From assembly GCA_045598885.1 (NCBI GenBank), contig JAZRVB010000121.1, forward strand, positions 3,987-67,986: a stretch of DNA of 64,000 nt. The letters run 5' to 3'. The stretch is from Bacteroidales bacterium (GTDB taxonomy: Bacteria > Bacteroidota > Bacteroidia > Bacteroidales > UBA3663). The first letter of the stretch is position 1; the number at the start of each line of letters is the position of its first letter. The notes beneath the pieces were generated by a model, which was not told where the DNA came from, searched no databases, and saw nothing but the letters and a program-made list of their open reading frames with translations. The position numbers and the translations under genes are program-made. Positions 20,042 to 27,028 of this stretch are shown here, piece by piece.

Positions 20042-20294
20042 CCTTCTTTTCTTCCTTCCTCTCACCTTCATTCAGAGGTGAGGTTTTTCCTTCTTCTGTT
20101 GGCTGTTCTGATTGATTATTGTCACTTTCACCTTTAACGTCGTTCATACCTTGCTTGAACTCTTTGACACCTTGTCCAAGTCCACGCATCATTTCAGGCA
20201 GTTTTTTGCCTCCAAACAATAATAAAGCTAACCCTCCGATAAGAAGTAGTTCTGTTGTTCCTATAAAAAGGAATGGTATTCGAAGAAAAATCAT
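20028..20294 (-). CDS. tatA: Twin-arginine translocase subunit TatA/E
   Basis: 88 aa. A single N-terminal TM segment is followed by '[26 protein letters not shown]', the canonical TatA hinge and amphipathic-helix signature. Confidence 0.85.
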   Translation of the reverse strand: MIFLRIPFLFIGTTELLLIGGLALLLFGGKKLPEMMRGLGQGVKEFKQGMNDVKGESDNNQSEQPTEEGKTSPLNEGERKEEKKDGEQ

Positions 20295-20296
20295 AC

Positions 20297-20569
20297 TTAA
20301 TAAACTAAATAAATTTCACGTGTCTCAAAATCGATTTCCCAGTTTCCTCCTTCTACAAACTCCCACTGGTACTTTTCAGCCATAGTATCCCACCACTTTT
20401 GAAAATTTGTACAAGTTTCGCCAAGATCCTTTACAAGCTTTTCGTATAATTCAGTATTATCTTTGGTTAAGATTAAAGCCAATTCGTTAAGTCCATTACG
20501 ACGTTCGAAAAGCGCTTGAATAGTGTCTCTTTCTTCAACAGTTACCTGTCCTACAGTTTTCTTTTGCAT
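20297..20569 (-). CDS. Small (90 aa) partner protein of CXXX-repeat peptide modification systems
   Basis: Tightly packed between the SPASM gene and tatA. Acidic, predicted helical, no signal peptide. Recalled to match the family NCBI labels 'CXXX repeat peptide modification system protein'; not verified by search. Confidence 0.55.
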   Translation of the reverse strand: MQKKTVGQVTVEERDTIQALFERRNGLNELALILTKDNTELYEKLVKDLGETCTNFQKWWDTMAEKYQWEFVEGGNWEIDFETREIYLVY

Positions 20570-20576
20570 AACAAAT

Positions 20577-21581
20577 TTAGTTTATTAGTTTTTTAATCCA
20601 ATCTTTGCGAATATCGAAAGGGTCAAGATATGAAATCTCTTCAATGACTTTTCCTTGTAAGAAAACTCCGTGTTTTCTGATAGACTCAAGCAGGTATCTA
20701 CTTGCATTGCGTTCAAGATGTGCAACTACACATTGCTCATGACTTGGGGTGTTAACTTCGGTTGTTGTTCTACGATTAAGCCAGATGCAGCGTTTGCAAT
20801 GATACGCATCACAATTTCTACACAAGGGCGCATGCGAAATCTTGAATAATTGAGGATTCTTTATATCTAATCCATTCTCTAAAGAGCCAAGGTCAAACCC
20901 TTTACAACAAACTTCAGACAAAGACTGTTCGGTGCCTTCAAGTTGCGGATCAAGATAAAAAGCAGGACAAATATAAAAATGACCATCAGGTGCAAGTGTT
21001 ATGGTTGTATCACCAGCACCACAATTATTCATTTTATCAAGCAGCATTCGATCTGTTATCAGATTAAACTGAGGAGAATTTCCATTTATATATAAAGTAG
21101 TTAGCTCATCAGCCCAATCACATAGACATTTTTTGTATGTATCGAAATCATTATTTGAGAAACTTTCAATATCGGTAATAATGATATTTAATCGAGCTAC
21201 TTTCCCAATTATGTTTTTAATCAGATCACGACATGAAAACAAGGTGTTTTTATCAATCCTAATTACATATGCCTTCTTTTCATCATAATGATAATCAGCA
21301 ACCTCTTCAAGTTTGCTCATCACAACTATGTCTGCATCGGAAGTATCAATGCAAGATGGCATTATTTTGTTATGATCGATTGTCTCTACAACATCTTTGT
21401 ATTCTTGTGGTAGTTCATAACCTGGATATACAAACTGAATCATCAAGTTTTCCTTCATTCCAAAGAAAATTCCCTTTTTTAAGTTTTCAATTGAAATAAG
21501 TTGATGTTCTGTATTGCTATTACTGTAATGGCAATATGATGTACTTGTACGATCAAGTAATATAACTAAGTATTGAAGCAT
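20577..21581 (-). CDS. SPASM-domain protein, radical-SAM-like but lacking the CxxxCxxC cluster ('CXXX repeat peptide maturase' type)
   Basis: 334 aa. The C-terminal Cys set 'NNCGAG...YICP...CCKG...LCRNCDAYHCKRCIW...EQC' has SPASM/twitch character. The N-terminus has only 'SYCHY' where the SAM-cluster motif would be. Confidence 0.7.
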   Translation of the reverse strand: MLQYLVILLDRTSTSYCHYSNSNTEHQLISIENLKKGIFFGMKENLMIQFVYPGYELPQEYKDVVETIDHNKIMPSCIDTSDADIVVMSKLEEVADYHYDEKKAYVIRIDKNTLFSCRDLIKNIIGKVARLNIIITDIESFSNNDFDTYKKCLCDWADELTTLYINGNSPQFNLITDRMLLDKMNNCGAGDTTITLAPDGHFYICPAFYLDPQLEGTEQSLSEVCCKGFDLGSLENGLDIKNPQLFKISHAPLCRNCDAYHCKRCIWLNRRTTTEVNTPSHEQCVVAHLERNASRYLLESIRKHGVFLQGKVIEEISYLDPFDIRKDWIKKLIN

Positions 21582-21585
21582 ATTT

Positions 21586-22809
21586 TTAGCAAATTATATT
21601 ACTATTTTTTTTATTTTTTTTGGCCTCAAACTCCTCACGCTTGCCTTCTAACTCCAATTTGCGATAGAGTTTGTTCCAATAATAATTATTAGCTCGAACA
21701 CGTGCTTTGTGCATCTTGCATATTGCTGTAGCACGTTGATAGGTTGTAGGAGTGTCAGCTGCATCATAGTTCTCACCTTGACACCAAGCACAACCACTAG
21801 CGACTTCGCATTCAACGCACTCCGGATTTGATTGAGTACAACGATCTATAGTTAATAAAGGTCGAAGTTTATTGAAATCTAAACCGTCATTGATATTTCC
21901 AACTATCAAAGGTAGTTTGTTCCTTAACGAATATTGTGCAAATCGAGTGCATGGGTAAAAGTTGCCAGCTGCATCTACAGCAAGCATATTACCAGCGCCA
22001 CACCAATTTGTATTGTCCAACACTTTATCCATAGGTTTTCCTAATTGCTCCCAGAAGAAAGAACAAGAATTGTCTATGTATAGATCATTGTCAATAATAG
22101 CATCAGCTAAATCTATTAGCTGTCTTTCCAACTTCAGATCGTCATTTTCTTTCCAAACTTGCTCAAAAACGCAATTGATGTTTACGTCATGAATACCAAT
22201 TGAGAATAAATGTAAAACACTATCCTTGATATAATCGATATTTGAGCTTGTGATTGTAACTTTTGTTGTGGCTACAGGAAATTGGGTTAAATATAGAGGT
22301 ATATTTTTAACAACATCCTCATAGGATCCTTTGTAACTTTCTTTATATACTCTATTGGTATCATGTAGCTGTTTAGTGCCATCTATTGTAATAGTAACAC
22401 TTAAATGATCAAGGTTCTTTTGAATGAACTTTTGAACTTTTTCGTTATGATAATTAATACCATTTGTAGAAAAGTTGAATCTATAAGAATTAAACCATTT
22501 GTGGTTTCTTCTAAACATCTCTACTTTTATATAATCACAAATTCTATCAATCAGATCAATTTCCAAGAAAGGTTCACCTCCAATGAAATCCCAAACTACA
22601 GACTCTTCATTGAAATAGTTATCGTTATCAAGAACATAGTCTATAGCTTTTTTGGCGACTTCCCAAGACATCCTTTCTTTAGTGTTCTTCCCGACTAGAT
22701 AGCAATATTTACAAGCCAACTGGCAATCCTTTGTTACAATAAAAGTGATTTCCCTTGCAACTCCACTTTGCCAAGCAATATCGTCAACTTTAATTCCTAG
22801 CTCTTTCAT
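21586..22809 (-). CDS. Radical SAM/SPASM peptide maturase
   Basis: Start taken at MKELGIK (the track ORF starts at 22842). 'TKDCQLACKYCY' is CxxxCxxC. The C-terminal 'NWCGAG...FYPC...CVECEVASGCAWCQGE...AICK' is a SPASM domain. Confidence 0.85.
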   Translation of the reverse strand: MKELGIKVDDIAWQSGVAREITFIVTKDCQLACKYCYLVGKNTKERMSWEVAKKAIDYVLDNDNYFNEESVVWDFIGGEPFLEIDLIDRICDYIKVEMFRRNHKWFNSYRFNFSTNGINYHNEKVQKFIQKNLDHLSVTITIDGTKQLHDTNRVYKESYKGSYEDVVKNIPLYLTQFPVATTKVTITSSNIDYIKDSVLHLFSIGIHDVNINCVFEQVWKENDDLKLERQLIDLADAIIDNDLYIDNSCSFFWEQLGKPMDKVLDNTNWCGAGNMLAVDAAGNFYPCTRFAQYSLRNKLPLIVGNINDGLDFNKLRPLLTIDRCTQSNPECVECEVASGCAWCQGENYDAADTPTTYQRATAICKMHKARVRANNYYWNKLYRKLELEGKREEFEAKKNKKNSNIIC

Positions 22810-22878
22810 ATTACAGAAAAGGGCACCAAAACAAATGCCCAAAAAGCAAATGTTTTGATGCCAATTAAATTTGATAAA

Positions 22879-23226
22879 TTAGTTTTTGCCTACGCCCTTA
22901 CATGCATAGTGACTACAACCGCCTGTACAGGTTGTACTACAGCTAGTACAGCTGTGAGAACAAGTGCCTGTACATGTAGTGCTACAACCTCGGCAACTGT
23001 GAGAGCAAGTGCCTGTACATGTAGTACTACAACCCTTACATGCACCATAGCATGCACCAGTGCAAGTACCAGTGCATCCCATCGGTGAACTTTCTGCTGC
23101 CCTAACGAATGACGGAGTGCTTGCCATTACAAGAGCAGTAAGAATTGGAAGTGCGCCCTTGGCTGCTTTTTTGAAGAATTCACGTCTAGACTGAAGTTCT
23201 TCATTGTTGTTCATTTTCTTATCCAT
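22879..23226 (-). CDS. Tat-signal, Cys-rich CxxxC-repeat precursor peptide
   Basis: 115 aa. Twin-arginine motif 'SRREFFKKAA', hydrophobic region, and 'VRA-AE' cleavage-type site. The ~65-aa core holds 16 Cys spaced mostly every 4 residues (GCTGTCTGACYGACKGCSTTCTGTCSHSC...). Confidence 0.85.
   Translation of the reverse strand: MDKKMNNNEELQSRREFFKKAAKGALPILTALVMASTPSFVRAAESSPMGCTGTCTGACYGACKGCSTTCTGTCSHSCRGCSTTCTGTCSHSCTSCSTTCTGGCSHYACKGVGKN
22954..23034. repeat. 45-bp-period tandem repeat inside the precursor gene
   Basis: GTGAGAaCAAGTGCCTGTACATGTAGTgCTACAACC (22954-22989) recurs at 22999-23034 with 2 mismatches. A third, more diverged copy lies at ~22909-22953. Each unit encodes a C-STT-C-TGT-C-SHS-C module. 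Confidence 0.85.
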
Positions 23227-23298
23227 GGTTTAAGAATTTAGAACAGACCTATAGTTCCAAGATTCAGTCGTTGTTTTATTAATGTGATTAACAGACAT

Positions 23299-23339
23299 AA
23301 AAAAAGACGTGGAACTTTCATTGTTGCTCGTTCTACGTC
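23299..23339 (-). terminator. Candidate intrinsic terminator or attenuator ~75 nt upstream of the precursor start
   Basis: Minus-strand RNA GACGUAGAAC...GUUCCACGUC (10-bp stem, 1 mismatch) is followed by U7 (plus-strand A7 at 23299-23305). Confidence 0.5.
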
Positions 23340-23554
23340 AGGAGGCCTTCGCATTGCCCAAGATTGTTGAACGGAGCAACGCGAAGTCCACGCCAGATAT
23401 GTATATAATACACCCTACACCAATAATTTGACACTAAACCCTCAATGTTAAGGGAATTTGTATCAAACAATAGGAATAAGGACATGAATATAAACACATC
23501 CCGAAGACATTCATCGTTGCAATGTTCTGACAATCTTTAAGAAAGTTGCGAAGT

Positions 23555-23570
23555 TTCCTGACGTCAGGAA
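23555..23570. promoter_or_regulatory. Perfect 16-bp palindrome TTCCTGACGTCAGGAA (possible dimeric regulator site)
   Basis: Read directly from the sequence. It lies in the ~1.1 kb ORF-poor spacer upstream of the peptide operon. Confidence 0.3.
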
Positions 23571-24368
23571 CAAAGCGTCAATTGAACGCTTTACCATTAT
23601 GTCGTAATCTCCCGCCCAAAACCCGCTTCAACATCTGATGTTACCACCATCTGTTTCGGCTTGGCGTGGACTTTAATAGATTCTATTTTGCAAGCTTATC
23701 TCGTATTGGCATTATACCTTTCGTGATGTGCCTTTCAAATAAATCTAATTAAGGAAATCAAGTGCAAAAATAGCAATAATATTCAAAATGTTTCTAAAAA
23801 AATGAAGAAAATAATCACAAGAGTTAAATAGTTATTTAAATTCATAGCCGAATGTAATTTGAATGTTGCATTTTTGTTAATTAGAGATATCAATCTTATT
23901 CTATTATACATTGCATTTTTATCTATGAGTCCACTTGAAGAAGTCTTGGCCTAAAAAAGTGCTTACAAAATGATATTTGATCTATCCCTACACTAAGAAA
24001 AGAGGGGCAAATCTCCCTATATTGAGGTAATTTAAGACTGAAATTCGTCTTTGTTGGACAATTGCAGCCTTGGAATGTAGCAAAATGAAAGCAAAAATTT
24101 TGGAGCTTTCAAAATTGGCACTTTTTCAAGTAGATTCATCTATAAAAAACTCCTTTTTGATATTTTTTATTACTGTACTTGGAATTTCAACCCTGATTGA
24201 AAATGACATAATGTTACAGATTGGGAACGATCCTAATCTTCCAATTAAAATATTTTTTGATATTCAATAGGTTATATCAATACCCATGTATCATTAAGGA
24301 TGGCACATAGGTAGAAAAGTAGGGGCTACAGTAAAGTAACCCCAATGTAAAGATAGACAGTACTCAGA

Positions 24369-24878
24369 TTAGATCTTTCGTTTCAAAGATTTCATCGCCA
24401 GTTCTTGGATTTTGAGTTTAGCTGCTTCCTCAATTTCCTTCTCTGATGCTACTCGGCATGAACGCATCCATTTCAGGAGTTCTTCCTTTTCAAAGTAAAC
24501 GACTTTACCATTAGGCTTGTAGAATGGGATGACTCCTTCATGAGTCATCTTGTAAATAGAACTACGAGACATTCCCAATAAGATAGCAGCATCTTCAGTA
24601 GTGAGCAACTGCTTGCTTTCATACAATACGTTTTCAAGAGACTCTACACGCGCTGTCAGCTTTTCAATCTTCTCTTGAAGTTCTTTCTCCGTCTTAGAAG
24701 GTACAGGAATAGCCTTTGGTGCAGTAGGCGAGTTTTGAACCTTTGGTGCTACAGGAACACTCTTTTGTCCACTCTGATCAGACGTTAATTGCTTAACGAA
24801 CTCCGCGAGCTCGGCAGCAGAAATCTCAAAATTCACTTGTGAAGTCTGAGCCATTTCTAATTTTTCTTTGATACTCAT
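24369..24878 (-). CDS. Helix-turn-helix (excisionase-family) DNA-binding protein
   Basis: 169 aa. The C-terminal half 'LLTTEDAAILLGMSRSSIYKMTHEGVIPFYKPNGKVVYFEKEELLKWM' is a classical Xis/MerR-type HTH. It sits ~430 bp from the right end of the inserted element. Confidence 0.75.
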   Translation of the reverse strand: MSIKEKLEMAQTSQVNFEISAAELAEFVKQLTSDQSGQKSVPVAPKVQNSPTAPKAIPVPSKTEKELQEKIEKLTARVESLENVLYESKQLLTTEDAAILLGMSRSSIYKMTHEGVIPFYKPNGKVVYFEKEELLKWMRSCRVASEKEIEEAAKLKIQELAMKSLKRKI

Positions 24879-25300
24879 AAAAGTTTATATATTGATACCA
24901 GTGGCAATATCGCCACCTATATAATATAATACTCTTTTCCCTACCTTCAAAGATGATCTTTCCAATTAACACTCTGGGGTAATAGTGTTAAAAATGCAAC
25001 GACAAAAGCAGATTCTTGGGTAACTATTTTCTTAATTCAAGAAAAATATGTATCTTTGCATCCAGTTAGATGTGAGTTCTAACACTTTCACTTGATTCAA
25101 TTTTGCCCACAAAACCAGAATCTTTTTTCGGGCATCGTTTTTAGTTCTTTGAATAAGCGTTTTTGAACGCTAAATACCTCCAACGGACGTTAACAACCTA
25201 ATATCATTTAACGTCAAAATATCGGGAACACGTTGGGAACAATCCCCATTTTTCTCATTTTCCAAACTTTGATTATCAGCATTTTAACTACCACCTAAGT

Positions 25301-26911
25301 CCCACTTTTCGTGGCACCTGGGTCGTAGGTACTCCTGGTTCTGGTAAGACCTTCTCCATCATCGAGCCGTTCCTCAGACAGCACAGTGAGAAGGGCTTTG
25401 CGATGGTTGTGTACGACTACAAGTTTCCTACGCTGGCCACCAAGCTCTATTACCACTATCTGAAGAACAAGAAGGAGAAGAAGTTGCCTGAAGGATGCAG
25501 TTTCAATGTCATCAATTTCGTCAATGTGGAGTACAGCCGACGGGTCAATCCTATTCAGCACAAGTATATCGAGAACCTTGCCGCTGCCTCAGAGACAGCC
25601 GAGACACTGCTTGAATCTCTTCAGAAAGGCAAGAAGGAGGGAGGCGGTGGCGGTAGTGACCAGTTCTTCCAGACTTCTGCCGTCAACTTCCTGGCTGCCT
25701 GTATCTATTTCTTTGTCACGTATAAGATGGAACCCTACGATAAGGATGGCAATGTCCTGCACATGAAGGAGATATGGAGCCCTGCACATAACAAGAATGT
25801 GCCTGATAAGGGTCATGCCTATGACGATGCCGGCAATGAGGTAGTACCTGCTTACTGGCTGGGCAAGTATTCGGATATGCCGCATATCCTGAGCTTCCTG
25901 AATGAGAGCTATCAGACTATCTTCGATGTCCTTCAGACCAACAATGAGGTAGCCCCTCTGTTAGGACCGTTCATGACCGCCTTGAAGAATAAGGCTATGG
26001 AGCAGTTGGAAGGTATGATCGGTACGCTCCGTGTCTATACCAGCCGACTCGCAACCAAAGAGTCTTACTGGGTGTTCCATCGTGACGGTGATGACTTCGA
26101 CCTTCAGGTGTCCAACCGTAAGAATCCGAGCTATCTGCTTATCGCCAATGATCCTGAGATGGAGAGTATCATTGGTGCTCTGAATGCGCTGATCCTCAAT
26201 CGTCTTGTCACCCGTGTCAATCAGGGTCAGGGCAGGAACGTGCCAGTCAGCATCATTGTGGATGAGTTACCTACCCTCTATTTCCATAAGATAGACCGAC
26301 TCATCGGTACGGCACGAAGCAACAAGGTAGCCGTTACCTTGGGCTTCCAGGAGTTGCCGCAGCTGGAGGCAGACTACGGTAAGGTGGGTATGCAGAAGAT
26401 CATCACTACCGTAGGTAATGTGGTCTCAGGCTCTGCCCGTAGCAAGGAAACGCTCGAATGGCTTAGCAACGATATCTTCGGTAAGGTGGTACAGCTGAAG
26501 AAGGGTGTCACCATCGACAGAGACCGTACCAGCATCAACCTGAATGAGAATATGGACAATCTCGTTCCTGCTTCCAAGATCAGTGACTTGCCTACTGGCT
26601 GGATTTGTGGTCAGACTGCACGCGATTTCGTGCAGACCAAGGTAGGCCATAATGGCAATATGAATATCCAAGAGGCAGAGGAGTTTCAGACCACTAAGTT
26701 CTTCTGTAAGACCAACTTCGATATGAAGGCCATCAAGACCGAGGAAGAGAACTACAGGGAGCTGCCAAAGTTCTATAAGTTCCCTTCCAAGGAGGCTAAG
26801 GAGCGTATCCTCTACACCAATTTCATACAAGTCAACAAGGACATAAAGGATATGATCAATGATGTCTTTGGGCGCAACAAGCAGCAGCCAGAGACACCCA
26901 AGAAACAATAA
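25301..26911 (+). pseudogene. Type IV coupling protein, C-terminal ATPase fragment
   Basis: The frame reads '...PTFRGTWVVGTPGSGKTFSIIEPF' (Walker A) with no start codon before it. The track ORF begins at an internal Met (25403). Also 'GGGGGSDQFFQTSAVNFLAACIYFF' and Walker B-like 'SIIVDELPTL'. Confidence 0.85.
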
Positions 26912-26931
26912 ACCTTGACTTTCTTTTGCCG

Positions 26932-26971
26932 TCCGGCCTGTTGCTCGTGAGAGTCGCAGGTCGGATTTTTA
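26932..26971 (+). terminator. Candidate intrinsic terminator after the T4CP gene
   Basis: TCCGGCCTG...CAGGTCGGA stem (one G.U pair) followed by TTTTT. Confidence 0.6.
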
Positions 26972-26974
26972 TAT

Positions 26975-27008
26975 GGAAAAACCGCAGCCATTTAGATAGC
27001 TACGGTTT
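26975..27008 (-). terminator. Candidate intrinsic terminator after the helicase gene
   Basis: AAACCGCAGC/GCTACGGTTT stem (9/10 paired). On the minus strand it is followed by a run of five U. Confidence 0.55.
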
Positions 27009-27028
27009 CCAGAAAGCAAGAGTAGGTA

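Larger units (their letters stand above)
11577..25311. mobile_element. ~13.7 kb integrative mobilizable element inserted in the T4CP gene
   Basis: Flanked by a shared 7-bp core CTTTTCG (11570-11576 and 25305-25311) inside a duplicated 'FRGT' coding context. It carries 2 tyrosine integrases, HTH/Xis-like genes, MobC-like and relaxase genes, no T4SS genes, and AT-rich cargo. Confidence 0.8.

Noticed and set aside
22909-23040. Possible CRISPR-like or minisatellite array
   Set aside because: The repeats are contiguous with no spacers, have a 45-bp period, and are in frame within a coding sequence. This is a coding tandem repeat, not CRISPR.
22855-23088. 77-aa plus-strand Cys/Thr/Ala-rich ORF antisense to the precursor
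   Set aside because: It is a mirror image of the repeat. It has no signal peptide or start context, whereas the minus-strand reading has a full Tat signal and fits the operon orientation.
23555-23570. TGACGTCA core read as a cAMP-response element
   Set aside because: CRE/CREB is a eukaryotic system. In a bacterial context this is only a generic palindromic candidate operator.
23333-24270. ORFs 23333-23533 (-) and 24070-24270 (+) in the spacer
   Set aside because: The region is AT-rich, the translations are implausible, and there is no start context. It is treated as non-coding and possibly regulatory.
25403-26911. Track ORF read as an independent 502-aa gene
   Set aside because: The frame continues upstream through a Walker A box with no start codon. 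It is the 3' part of the split coupling-protein gene, and the Met at 25403 is internal.
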